The translations under genes were made by a program, and so were the position numbers. A stretch of 64,000 nt of DNA, taken from contig JAIPED010000001.1 of assembly GCA_021737325.1 (NCBI GenBank), positions 206 to 64,205 on the forward strand, read 5' to 3'. The DNA is from Deltaproteobacteria bacterium. Its GTDB lineage: Bacteria; Desulfobacterota; Syntrophia; Syntrophales; JAIPED01. The stretch's first letter is position 1. The number at the start of each line of letters is the position of its first letter. The notes below the pieces were generated by a model. It worked only from the letters and a program-made list of their open reading frames with translations. It ran no database searches and was not told where the DNA came from. Shown here in pieces: positions 27,295-36,862 of the stretch.

Positions 27295-28134
27295 CTAGAA
27301 TTCCCGCACGGGGACAAGCGGCACGGGCGGGTAGATCTGCCCATGGCAAGGTGGCATGGAGTTGTAAACCCAGTTGACGGCTATCTCCCGTAGCCTCACC
27401 CCGCAACGCCGTTTGCTGTCGCTAATCACACCGCGCACCAACACGCTCTCCATCCCCATCGTTAAGCAGAACACGGCAACAACTGCCCCTGGGGGAATCT
27501 CGGCAATTTCCTCGGCATAGGCGCATGGTGAAAAAATCAACCTGTTGGGTGCAGCGGCGCGTAATTGAATGAGCGGGATGATGAGGGGAAAACCCTCCGC
27601 ATTGATATAGGCAACAAATTTAAGGGACCGAAGAGAATTAAAGAGCGACATGGCAAAGGGCTTTAGCCCTTCCCCCTCTTCCTTTGCCCTTCCTGCCGCC
27701 AGCAAACCAAGTAGCGAAGCGCAGGCGATCTTCCCCAAAGGCAGGCTTTCGGCTAGCGTTGTCGCGCAGAGGTTAAAGTAATGTACCGTGTTAATGCCGA
27801 AGTAGGTGTTGTACCGAAACATCGGCAGTTCATTGTAACGGATATAATCCTTGCCACTGGTAACGCTTCCCTCCCATAACGCCGTGCCGCGCCAAAGCTG
27901 ACGCTTGAGCGTCATCACCAAAAACCCCGTTTTACTGTTTGACAAAACATGCCGCTTGGAAAGCCCCACGCTGAATTGTCCCAGCATCAGCGTTTCCTCA
28001 TCTTTAGCCATGATGGAGGTGATGAGGGTGATATGGGGCAAGCCCGCTTCGTTGAGCGTGGCGAGCAAGCCAATTTTTTCTGCGGGAGAAAAAGCCTGTA
28101 GCGCCATCCTATCAAATTTTGCTGATTTAACCAT
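27295..28134 (-). CDS. tandem pyridoxamine-5'-phosphate-oxidase-like (split-barrel flavin-binding) protein
   Basis: Two PNPOx-like halves (LATLNEAGLPHITLITS... and FVAYINAEGFPLIIPLIQL...). Start ATG 28134 has a GGAG RBS. ORF-track start 28182 rejected. Confidence 0.55.
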   Translation of the reverse strand: MVKSAKFDRMALQAFSPAEKIGLLATLNEAGLPHITLITSIMAKDEETLMLGQFSVGLSKRHVLSNSKTGFLVMTLKRQLWRGTALWEGSVTSGKDYIRYNELPMFRYNTYFGINTVHYFNLCATTLAESLPLGKIACASLLGLLAAGRAKEEGEGLKPFAMSLFNSLRSLKFVAYINAEGFPLIIPLIQLRAAAPNRLIFSPCAYAEEIAEIPPGAVVAVFCLTMGMESVLVRGVISDSKRRCGVRLREIAVNWVYNSMPPCHGQIYPPVPLVPVREF

Positions 28135-28154
28135 GCCCTCTGCTCCAATGAAAT

Positions 28155-29156
28155 TTATTTTTGCGCAACGGGTCCGCTCCAAAAAACTATTGCGGGATCA
28201 ACACCAGAGCTCCGCGCTACTGCCGCCAAGCTTTCCATTTTGCTCTGCGGGACTAACTCCGTGTCGTGATACTCCCATTGCAAACCCAAGCGCCCATACT
28301 TATCGCGGCAAAGGTTGTTAAAGGCGCATAACTCCCAGCGCTGGGGAATCCCCTCCAGCTCAGTAGCGATAAAGGCGCCTAACGCCCGAATGTTTTCCTC
28401 ATCATCGGTGGCACCCGGAATTATCGGGCTACGGATCCACAGCGTCAAATCTCCAGCGCTTTGCGCGGCTTTGTTGGCGAGAAAGCGAGCATTGTTTAGT
28501 ATTCTTTCGTTCCCTTGCCCCACAAACATCCTGTGTTTTGCCGTATCCCGCATTTTTAAATCAAAAAGCACCAAGCGGGCATGGGCTACTAGCGCCGCCA
28601 GCGCGGTTTCTGAACAATGCCCGCTGGTGTCGATAGCGGTGTGTATCCCTTGTTTTGCTAAATGGGCAAGCAACCGAGCGACAAATTCGTGTTGTATCCC
28701 GGCCTCACCACCAGAAACCGTTACGCCGCCGCCCGAAGTTAAAAAATAGGCGCGATCTTTTTGCAACTCATAGGATAGCTCTTCAACCCCCCACCATGAG
28801 CCGCTTATTTTTAGCGCCGCACTGGGGCAATTATCCGCGCATTCCCCACAACCAGCGCAACTTGCTCGCTTAATCACAACGCGCCGCGCTTCAATGGCAA
28901 TGGCTTCATGACGGCATACAGCCACGCATTCACCACAAAGCAAACAGCCAACACCGAGCCATTGCACCTGCGGCAGGGGGGAGATGCTTTCGGGGTTGTG
29001 GCACCATCGACACGCCAAGGGGCAACCCTTCATAAAAACTGTGGTTCTTATCCCTGGACCATCATCGGTAGAAAACCGTTGAATTTCCAAGAGCAAACCT
29101 TTTTTCTCTGCTATCATTTCCTTCCTACAAAAACCGCATTCTCCGTCAGAGAGCAA
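28155..29156 (-). CDS. glycyl-radical enzyme activating protein (radical SAM with auxiliary ferredoxin-like clusters)
   Basis: CPLACRWCHNPE radical-SAM motif, plus CLLCGECVAVC and CAGCGECADNCP. Confidence 0.9.
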   Translation of the reverse strand: MLSDGECGFCRKEMIAEKKGLLLEIQRFSTDDGPGIRTTVFMKGCPLACRWCHNPESISPLPQVQWLGVGCLLCGECVAVCRHEAIAIEARRVVIKRASCAGCGECADNCPSAALKISGSWWGVEELSYELQKDRAYFLTSGGGVTVSGGEAGIQHEFVARLLAHLAKQGIHTAIDTSGHCSETALAALVAHARLVLFDLKMRDTAKHRMFVGQGNERILNNARFLANKAAQSAGDLTLWIRSPIIPGATDDEENIRALGAFIATELEGIPQRWELCAFNNLCRDKYGRLGLQWEYHDTELVPQSKMESLAAVARSSGVDPAIVFWSGPVAQK

Positions 29157-29174
29157 CGCATCCCCATGACAGGT

Positions 29175-31769
29175 TTACACCTCACGATGGGAAAGACGCT
29201 GGATGACCTCGTCTTGAAGCTCCTTACCCACGGTAACAAAATAGGCGTTATAGCCCGTAATCCGCACTAAGAGATGGCGGTAATCCTCGGGATGCTTTTG
29301 CGCTTCTTTAAGCATCGCTGGGTCTAGGATGTTGATCTGCAAGGCGCTACCGCCATTTTCTGCATAACCCCGTAAAAAAGCTTTGAATTTCTCTTTATGC
29401 CCCTGTTGCCCCAACAGGGAAGGGTTAAAGGTCATGGTGTGGCTCGCCCCGTTAGGGAGACAATTGACAAAGCCCGCAAAGTTCGCAACCCCGTTGGTGG
29501 TTTTTCCGCCCAACACCTTGCCCACAGAATTGGCATTTGCCGTGGGGCCGTTGAGGTCAGCACCGTTTACGGGGCAGATGGCGTTGGAAAGAAATTGTCC
29601 GCGGGCACGGCCATCGGGGCTTGCGGGCAGAACAAAACCATCCCCCGCCCAGTAATTCCAGCTTAACATTCCCGGCCGAAACTGCCGTTTGGTCGGGGTT
29701 GTTTGATGCTTCCAGGTCTCTGCGCACCAAACCTCCATAACCCGTTTTGCCAGGGCATCAGCTCCATCGTCATCACGGCCGTATTTAGGCGCTTTGTTCA
29801 CCGCCTGCGCCCGCAGCTTCTCATAGCCACACCAGTTAGCACGAAGCGCCAAGACCAACGCGGGAAGCGAACAAAGCTTTTTGACGAATACCAGATACCT
29901 AATGGCGAGCAAAGAATCCACCGTTGTGGCGTAGGTTACCGCTTCCATCGTGGTGAAATTTATCTCTGCCCCGCCGCGGGTAACATCCAGCGCTTTGGTA
30001 GCACAGCCACGGATGAGACAGGAGAGATACGGCGTGGGGAAAAAGCGGGCACGCAGGGATTCGGAAGCGTTTTGCACCTCCACACATTTGCTAATGATAT
30101 ACGCCGTTTGCTGTTCGTAGGCGCGGAAAAAATCTTCAAATGTGGTGAAGCTCTCCGCGGCGCCCGTGGCAGGTCCGTCGCGCCGCACCTTTTCCGTTTT
30201 ACCCGTTATGGGGTCGGTAAAGGGATGCAGGTCGTAACCACCCGTCAGCGCCAATTCCACCGCCTTGTAGAGGTTGATGTTGTTATCCACCGTGCCCGAG
30301 CGATCGTTGCCCACCATGGTGTTTTCCAAACAGCCCACGGGGGCGTAATCATAAACGCTCTCTTCCGTTATCAATTTCTCCAGTTGGGCTTTTTGCGCCT
30401 GCAACAGCATCCCCGCCAAGGAGCGTTCGTCAAAATTGAGGATAAAGGGGGCTCCTTGGGCGGCGAGCGTCATTTCTACGATCTTGTCCATTAGTTCAGC
30501 CGGAGAATTGCGATGGATGCGAACATTGGGCTTGGGCTCCAGTATCGGATACATCTCGGCAATGACTTCCAAAAACACATAGGTCAGCTCGTTGGTGGCA
30601 TCTCGGCCATCTCGGCCAAGGCCAGAAAGCGTCAGCAACTGTCCAAAGCCTGCCGTTATCCCTTGGTTGCCGTTACGAATCATCGCATCATAGGCGGTGT
30701 TGCAATGCATCCAAAAGCAGCGCAGGATCTCCTTGCCAAACTCCCGCTCCATGCCTGCGTTAATAGAAGCACGCCAATAGGGCAGGAGGTATTGATCAAT
30801 CCGACCAAAAGAAACGCCCGGGCCAGGATAATTTTCATCGCTCATCACCAACATGTGGTTCAGCCAAAGCGCTTGCAAGGCCTCCCAAAAATCACGGGGC
30901 GGCTCGTCGGCAATGCGCCTTAAATTGTTAGCCATCGTTAAAAGCTCCGTCTGCCGTGGCCAATCTTCGCCCGCGGCAAGCTCTTCACACAGAGTTGCGT
31001 AACGAAACGCTAGCTCCCGTGGCAGGGAAGCGGCAATGAGCATTGCCCGTAGTTGTGCGCCCCTTTCCCCCTCTTTTTCGAAGACCGTAAGTTCGTTGTA
31101 GCGTTGGGCGATCTCTTCGTGGATGCCGCGCCAGCCAAGGGTCAGAACCCTCTGGTGGTCAGGGATGATATGCCCGCTGGTTGCTCCCGCATTGCCGTAG
31201 CCGTGGTCATGGAACCATTTAACCAAGCGCCTTGCGCCTCGCTTGCCCAGCAATAATTCATCAAATTCCTTTTGCTCCGTTGCGGTGAGGCATAACGAGG
31301 TTTGCAGGTTAAAGCGCGCCCCTGCGAGCAAATCGCCCGGCAATATCTCCTGCGGCACCCGATTAACCATAACTTCCTTAACAAACCACGCCCGCCGCTC
31401 GGGCAGGCTCCACTGCCAGAAACCCTCATCCAGAGGAACATTACGCGCCGCCTGCCGAAAGCTCCCGCGAAGCGCTTGGAGCAACGGGTATGTTTCGGGG
31501 ACAATGTAATAGGTCATCTCGTTGAACTGCACATCCCAGGGCGCTCCCGTGCTCCAACAGGTAAACTCGTTGTTCCACCGGCGGGAAGCCCCTTGGAAAT
31601 AATAATCACGGAGCCATGTAATTCGGGGAGAAAATGGCGCTGGCTGTTGTCGTGAAGCGTCCAGCATAAACGCTGTTAATGATTCTGTTAATCCCTCTGG
31701 TGCCACCATAAAAGCCTCCTGTGGGGACATGGAATCCCCGTCTATTTGGTGAGTATCGGCTAAAGGCAT
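29175..31769 (-). CDS. glycyl radical enzyme (PFL-like fold), uncharacterised C-x-E class
   Basis: 864 aa. Thiyl loop PVGCLENTMVG (Cys-x-Glu). C-terminal glycyl-radical motif LLVRITGYNAYFV. Confidence 0.88.
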   Translation of the reverse strand: MPLADTHQIDGDSMSPQEAFMVAPEGLTESLTAFMLDASRQQPAPFSPRITWLRDYYFQGASRRWNNEFTCWSTGAPWDVQFNEMTYYIVPETYPLLQALRGSFRQAARNVPLDEGFWQWSLPERRAWFVKEVMVNRVPQEILPGDLLAGARFNLQTSLCLTATEQKEFDELLLGKRGARRLVKWFHDHGYGNAGATSGHIIPDHQRVLTLGWRGIHEEIAQRYNELTVFEKEGERGAQLRAMLIAASLPRELAFRYATLCEELAAGEDWPRQTELLTMANNLRRIADEPPRDFWEALQALWLNHMLVMSDENYPGPGVSFGRIDQYLLPYWRASINAGMEREFGKEILRCFWMHCNTAYDAMIRNGNQGITAGFGQLLTLSGLGRDGRDATNELTYVFLEVIAEMYPILEPKPNVRIHRNSPAELMDKIVEMTLAAQGAPFILNFDERSLAGMLLQAQKAQLEKLITEESVYDYAPVGCLENTMVGNDRSGTVDNNINLYKAVELALTGGYDLHPFTDPITGKTEKVRRDGPATGAAESFTTFEDFFRAYEQQTAYIISKCVEVQNASESLRARFFPTPYLSCLIRGCATKALDVTRGGAEINFTTMEAVTYATTVDSLLAIRYLVFVKKLCSLPALVLALRANWCGYEKLRAQAVNKAPKYGRDDDGADALAKRVMEVWCAETWKHQTTPTKRQFRPGMLSWNYWAGDGFVLPASPDGRARGQFLSNAICPVNGADLNGPTANANSVGKVLGGKTTNGVANFAGFVNCLPNGASHTMTFNPSLLGQQGHKEKFKAFLRGYAENGGSALQINILDPAMLKEAQKHPEDYRHLLVRITGYNAYFVTVGKELQDEVIQRLSHREV

Positions 31770-31838
31770 TGGCCCCTCGCGTTGGGAAAACCGCGCCTCG
31801 CAAGAGAAGACCGCGCCCCGTTGTGCTACAAGGGGGTT

Positions 31839-33641
31839 TTATTGCCCCGCCTTAGCTTGCTTAATCAGCGCTTGAAAATTAGCATCGCCCCATAAAGAGC
31901 GGAAATCTTCATCCTGCGGGGCATTTTTTGTATAGTCGCGGTTAAGCTTCACCGCCACGGACAAAAACTCCAAGGCCCTTTGCTTATCGCCCATGATGGA
32001 ACAAACGCAGGCTTTGTCGTACCACGCCTCATGTTTATCGGGCTTAAGCGCCAGCGCCTTGTCGTAGGAAGCCACAGCCTCTTCGTGCTTGCCCATCTTA
32101 AGCAGCGCAATCCCGCGGTTGTACCACGCCTCATGTTTATCGGGCTTAAGCGCCAGCGCCTTGTCGTAGGAAGCCACCGTTTCTTCGTGCTTGCCCATAT
32201 TATACAGCGCAACCCCGCGGTTGTACCACGCCGCATGATAGTCCGCCTTAAACGCCAGCGCCTTATCGTAGGAAGCCACCGCCTCTTCGTGCTTGCCCAT
32301 ATTGCCCAGCGCAATCCCGCGGTTGTTCCAGGCCTCATGGTAGTCTGCCTTAAGCGCCAACGCCTTGTCGTAGGAAGCCACAGCCTCTTCGTTCTTGCCC
32401 ATATTAACCAGCGCAATCCCGCGGTTGTACCATGCCTCAAGAGCGTCAGAATTAAGCGATAGCGCCTTATCGTAGGAAGCCACCGCTTCTCCGTGCTTCC
32501 CCATGCAATACAGCACATTCCCGCGGCTACTCCATGCAGCATGATACTCGGGCTTAAGTGTCAGTGCCTTATCGTAGGAAGCCACCGCTTCTCCGTGCTT
32601 CCCCATGCAATACAGCACATTCCCGCGGTTGTTCCAGGTCTCATGTTTATCGGGCTTGATCGCCAGCGCCTTGTCGTAGGAAGCCACAGCTTCGGCATGT
32701 TTGCCCATCTTACGTAGCGCATTCCCGCGGTTGTTCCATACCTCATGAGCATCAGGCTTACGCGACAGCGCCTTGTCGTAAGAAGCCACCGCTTCGGCAT
32801 GTTTCCCCACATAAGCCAGCGTATTCCCGCGGTTGTTCCAGGCCTCATGGTAGTCTGCCTTAAGCGCCAGCGCCTTATCGTAGGAAGCCAACGCCTCGTC
32901 ATGTTTGCCTAAATTAAACAGCTCATTACCTTTGAGGAAGTGATCTTGAGCGCTTAGGGTTTCCCCGAGGATCTCTTTGATTTCCGTAAGGCGGTTGTAG
33001 CGACTGAGCTCTTCTCGAGCATTTGTTGAGACGGCTTCGAGCGCCAGCAAGGGACTGAGCAATTGGGGGCTCATGGCGAGCGCCTCCCGCTGTGTTGAGA
33101 CGGCTTCGAGCGCCGGCAAGGGACTGAGCAATTGGGGGCTCATGGCGAGCACCTCCCGCTGTGTTGAGACGGCTTCGAGCGCCGGCAAGGGACTGAGCAA
33201 TTGGGGGCTCTTGGTGAGCAACTCGCGCTGAATGGTTACAACATTCTCTTTCATGCGCTCAATATGCCGCACGGCTTCCCGCGCCTTTTGCAGTTCCGCA
33301 TCTACCCTTGCCAGCTTTTTCTGGATATCAGACCAGCTACGAAAACCGAAAAATCCGGCACAGGCTAATAACATTGTCAAGAGCAGTGAGAACATCGTCA
33401 AGAACACAGAGAGCCATGTTCCAAAGGTGTCAACCATGTTGTTGGCCGCATGGACCAACTCCCAATCGGGACGCAGATCCGCTAGCTCGGGCGGCGCAAC
33501 GGTTGTCAGGCGAGGAGTTTCATTTGTTGGCGGCGCCGCAACGGCGGTAGCGCCACAGCAAGTAAACATTATCAGCACCGCAAAGAGGAACAGAACCGCT
33601 CTTTTCACCGCTTCAACCTCCTGATGATAACCGTCAACCAT
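31839..33641 (-). CDS. membrane-anchored TPR-repeat protein
   Basis: N-terminal hydrophobic segments, a 3x23-aa repeat, then ~11 near-identical 34-aa TPR units (EAVASYDKALALKPDKHEAWYNRGIAL..MGKHE). Confidence 0.88.
   Translation of the reverse strand: MVDGYHQEVEAVKRAVLFLFAVLIMFTCCGATAVAAPPTNETPRLTTVAPPELADLRPDWELVHAANNMVDTFGTWLSVFLTMFSLLLTMLLACAGFFGFRSWSDIQKKLARVDAELQKAREAVRHIERMKENVVTIQRELLTKSPQLLSPLPALEAVSTQREVLAMSPQLLSPLPALEAVSTQREALAMSPQLLSPLLALEAVSTNAREELSRYNRLTEIKEILGETLSAQDHFLKGNELFNLGKHDEALASYDKALALKADYHEAWNNRGNTLAYVGKHAEAVASYDKALSRKPDAHEVWNNRGNALRKMGKHAEAVASYDKALAIKPDKHETWNNRGNVLYCMGKHGEAVASYDKALTLKPEYHAAWSSRGNVLYCMGKHGEAVASYDKALSLNSDALEAWYNRGIALVNMGKNEEAVASYDKALALKADYHEAWNNRGIALGNMGKHEEAVASYDKALAFKADYHAAWYNRGVALYNMGKHEETVASYDKALALKPDKHEAWYNRGIALLKMGKHEEAVASYDKALALKPDKHEAWYDKACVCSIMGDKQRALEFLSVAVKLNRDYTKNAPQDEDFRSLWGDANFQALIKQAKAGQ
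31990..32900 (-). repeat. tandem 102-nt coding repeats (TPR units)
   Basis: Repeated blocks such as cttgtcgtaggaagccac.gc.tcttcgtgcttgcccat with 102-nt periodicity. Confidence 0.85.
33025..33231 (-). repeat. 3 x 69-nt tandem coding repeat
   Basis: gttgagacggcttcgagcgcc.gcaagggactgagcaattgggggctc... starts at 33025, 33094 and 33163. It encodes SPQLLSPLPALEAVSTQRE.LAM. Confidence 0.9.
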
Positions 33642-33667
33642 CCCAACGCGGGCGATAGAACCACCCC

Positions 33668-34672
33668 TTACAAGGATACCGAAACCCGTAGATTGCCGCC
33701 CCTGCCTAAAATGTCATGCAGGTGAAGGTAACCCAGTACTTTATTATCCGCGCTCGTAACAACGAGGGTGGTTATTTCCAGCTTCTGCATTTTGGCAATC
33801 GCTTCGGCAAGTGAAGCATCCATGCCGATGGTCTTGGGCGAACGGCTCATAACTTCATCAACGAGCTTCTCATTAAAATTAAAGCTGTTGCAAATATGAC
33901 GACGGATATCGCCATCGGTGAGGATCCCTGCCAACTCCCCTTCCTGATCCGTAACAATGACGAAGCCGACATTTTTGTCGTTCATCTTTTTAACCGCTTT
34001 ACTCGCCTTTATGCCCAACTTCACCTGAGGAACCCTGCTCCCTTTTACCATCGCTTTTGCCACCTTGGCAAAAAGCCGCATCCCCAGCGTACCGCCAGGG
34101 TGAAATTTGCAAAAATCCTCCTCGCCAAACTTGCGCTTTTCCATAAGCGCAACCGCAAGCGCATCACCCATTGCTAAGGCTGCGGTGGTGCTGGCGGTGG
34201 GAGTCATGCCAAAAGGACAGGCTTCCTTTTCTACCCCCGTATCAATGACCACCGTGCTTAACGCCGCCAGTGTGGATTTTTTCTTGCCGGTAAACGCAAT
34301 TATTTTAACCCCTAATTCGCGCACCGTCGCGAGGATCATATTTAGTTCTTCGGTCTCACCACTGTTGGATAAGGCGAGGATAACATCACCCTTGCCCACG
34401 ATTCCCATATCGCCGTGCATCCCTTCAACGGGATGGAGAAATAACGCCTGCGTCCCCGTGCTGGTCATCGTGGCGGCGATTTTTCTGCCGATAAGCCCTG
34501 ATTTGCCAATCCCTGTTACAATAAGCCGCCCCTTGGCGTTAAAAATTAGCGAAACCGCCTTGCCGAAGTTGTCATCCAATTTTTCTATCAGCTTAGCAAC
34601 GCTCTTAGCCTCTATCTCCAAAACCCGCCGCGCACTCTTCATTGCATCATCCATCGCTCTTCCCTTCATCAA
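33668..34672 (-). CDS. kpsF: arabinose-5-phosphate isomerase (KpsF/GutQ family; SIS + 2 CBS)
   Basis: GRLIVTGIGKSGLIGRKIAATMTSTG, LSNSGETEE, and C-terminal CBS pair. Confidence 0.88.
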   Translation of the reverse strand: MMKGRAMDDAMKSARRVLEIEAKSVAKLIEKLDDNFGKAVSLIFNAKGRLIVTGIGKSGLIGRKIAATMTSTGTQALFLHPVEGMHGDMGIVGKGDVILALSNSGETEELNMILATVRELGVKIIAFTGKKKSTLAALSTVVIDTGVEKEACPFGMTPTASTTAALAMGDALAVALMEKRKFGEEDFCKFHPGGTLGMRLFAKVAKAMVKGSRVPQVKLGIKASKAVKKMNDKNVGFVIVTDQEGELAGILTDGDIRRHICNSFNFNEKLVDEVMSRSPKTIGMDASLAEAIAKMQKLEITTLVVTSADNKVLGYLHLHDILGRGGNLRVSVSL

Positions 34673-34788
34673 TAACCATATTTGAAATTTGTGGTGTTTC
34701 TTCTTGCCCTAATAGCGCGTTAGCAGCCTCGCGCTGATCCCGCAAAATCGGGGCTGGCGCTAACAAATCACCCCTGCAATGACAATCT

Positions 34789-36783
34789 TCATTCGCGATA
34801 GTTAAAATTTACCTGACAAGAAAGCTTGGCGTTAAAATGCCCCTGAAACTCGCAAAGCTGACGCGGGTTGCCGATGACCCCGACCAAATCGCCCACTTGA
34901 AAGCGATAATCCACCGTGGGGTTGTTGGTGATGTCTTCGTTATTCACAATGCTCACGACCGTGATCCCCATTTTTTTCCGCAATTCCAATTCGCCCAGCG
35001 ATTTACCCGCGAAGATGTTGCCCTCCTCAATCTTAAACCACTTTAAATCAATCGTATTATGCACATTTTTTAGATGTGAAATGAGGCGATATTCGGATTC
35101 ATTATCGTAGAGCGGGGCGTAAAAATTTTTCCGTACCTGATCAGAGTAGTTAATTATCTCTACAGGTGAAACATTAAGGTTAAGTAGCGTTTGCCTGCTA
35201 AATTCCAGCCCCGCTTCTAAATCGGGCTCCACCACCATGTAAATACCAATATCGCTAAGCTCTTGCACCTGCTCCAAACCCTGGGCGCGGGCGATGATGG
35301 TCAAATTAGGGTTAAGCTTCCTGGCGTTGGTGGCAATGAGCCGCAATGGCTCAATCGCGGGAATCGTTACCAAGAGCAATCGGGCATTTTCAACATGGGC
35401 GGCGGCTAAAACGGGCTCTTGGGTGGCATCACCGTAAACGGTTGTGTTCTCCTGTGCTTTGGATATCTCCACAGAGCGGTGGGTATTCTCAATGACCACG
35501 AAGCTGATATCCAATTGCTTTAACAATTTGGCGATGTGCGTTCCTGTCCTTCCCGCACCTACAATCACAACATGATTGGCAATATCCCCAATATCCTCCG
35601 CAATTGCTTCCCGAGGGCTTCCGCCAAAAAATTTGCGGTGCAGGTTATAAACGGGTTGCGCCAGCTTAGAAAAGAGGGGCGTGAGCAACATCGTAATAAC
35701 GGCAACGGCAACTACGAGGGAGTACAAATCGTCGCTGACCGCATCGTTGTTCTTTCCCAAGGTCGCCAGCGCGAAGGAAAACTCGCCAATCTGAAACATT
35801 CCTAGGGCAACGGCGTAGGGAATGATATTTACATAGCCAAAAACGCGGGCGACTAACCCAAAAATAAGGGATTTCCCCACGAAAACCAGCACCAACAACA
35901 ACAGCACCGCTGACCAATTTTCCCAGAGAAAAGAAAGGTCTAGCAACATCCCGATGGAAGCAAAGAAGAGCAAACCAAACATATCCCGCAGGGGAATAAT
36001 ATCACTTAGAGCCTGAAAGCTGTACTCCGATTCACCAATCACCATCCCCGCGACGAAGGCGCCTAGGGCAAAAGACAAGCCCACAATGTGGGTCGCATAA
36101 CCAACCCCCAAGCCAAGAAACAACACCAGCAGAATGAACAATTCCCTAGAACCCCAGTGGGAAATATAACGGAAAAGAAACGGAAAGAAGCGCGTTCCGA
36201 TGAAAATCATGACCACCAAAAAAAACGCCGCTTTCAGCGCGGAGAGAAGTAGCAAAGAAATACCCGCTTGCGGCTCTGAGATAATGGGCAGGATAATCAT
36301 CAGGGGAACAACTGCCAAATCCTGCACGATGAGCATCCCAATCATCACCTTGCTTGACAGTGTTCCAATGAGCCCCCGTGCCATCATTGTTTTAAGAATT
36401 ACCATCGTGCTGGAAAGCGAGAGCATCGCGCCGAGCCAAAGGGAGGCCTGCCAATCCAGCCCCAGTGTGGGACCGATGGCATAACCAAGGAGCATCGTGA
36501 GCACCATCTGGATGGGAGTGCCTATCAGGGCGATGAGACGCACGCTTTTGAGCTTGGTAAAAGAAAATTCCAGGCCTAACGCAAAGAGCAGTAACGCCAC
36601 GCCTATTTCGGCAAGCTTTTCAATATCGTCCGTTGCGGAAACGGTCAGATCTAAAAAATTGGGACCAACGATAAATCCTGCAAAGATATAACCGATAAGC
36701 AGGGGAAGCTTTATCCGCTGCGCAACAGCGGCGCAGACTGCGGAAAAGGCGATGATAACGATGATATCTCCCGCAATACCCAT
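34789..36783 (-). CDS. CPA2-family cation:proton antiporter with TrkA-N/TrkA-C (RCK) domains
   Basis: ~12 TM N-terminal domain, Rossmann [18 protein letters not shown], and C-terminal TrkA-C-like domain. Confidence 0.85.
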   Translation of the reverse strand: MGIAGDIIVIIAFSAVCAAVAQRIKLPLLIGYIFAGFIVGPNFLDLTVSATDDIEKLAEIGVALLLFALGLEFSFTKLKSVRLIALIGTPIQMVLTMLLGYAIGPTLGLDWQASLWLGAMLSLSSTMVILKTMMARGLIGTLSSKVMIGMLIVQDLAVVPLMIILPIISEPQAGISLLLLSALKAAFFLVVMIFIGTRFFPFLFRYISHWGSRELFILLVLFLGLGVGYATHIVGLSFALGAFVAGMVIGESEYSFQALSDIIPLRDMFGLLFFASIGMLLDLSFLWENWSAVLLLLVLVFVGKSLIFGLVARVFGYVNIIPYAVALGMFQIGEFSFALATLGKNNDAVSDDLYSLVVAVAVITMLLTPLFSKLAQPVYNLHRKFFGGSPREAIAEDIGDIANHVVIVGAGRTGTHIAKLLKQLDISFVVIENTHRSVEISKAQENTTVYGDATQEPVLAAAHVENARLLLVTIPAIEPLRLIATNARKLNPNLTIIARAQGLEQVQELSDIGIYMVVEPDLEAGLEFSRQTLLNLNVSPVEIINYSDQVRKNFYAPLYDNESEYRLISHLKNVHNTIDLKWFKIEEGNIFAGKSLGELELRKKMGITVVSIVNNEDITNNPTVDYRFQVGDLVGVIGNPRQLCEFQGHFNAKLSCQVNFNYRE

Positions 36784-36862
36784 TGGTTCTCTCCTTAGTT
36801 GTCAGTAATGGAGATAGAGATAACTTTGCGGCTTCCCCATGATGCCGACACCCCCACAGCGG

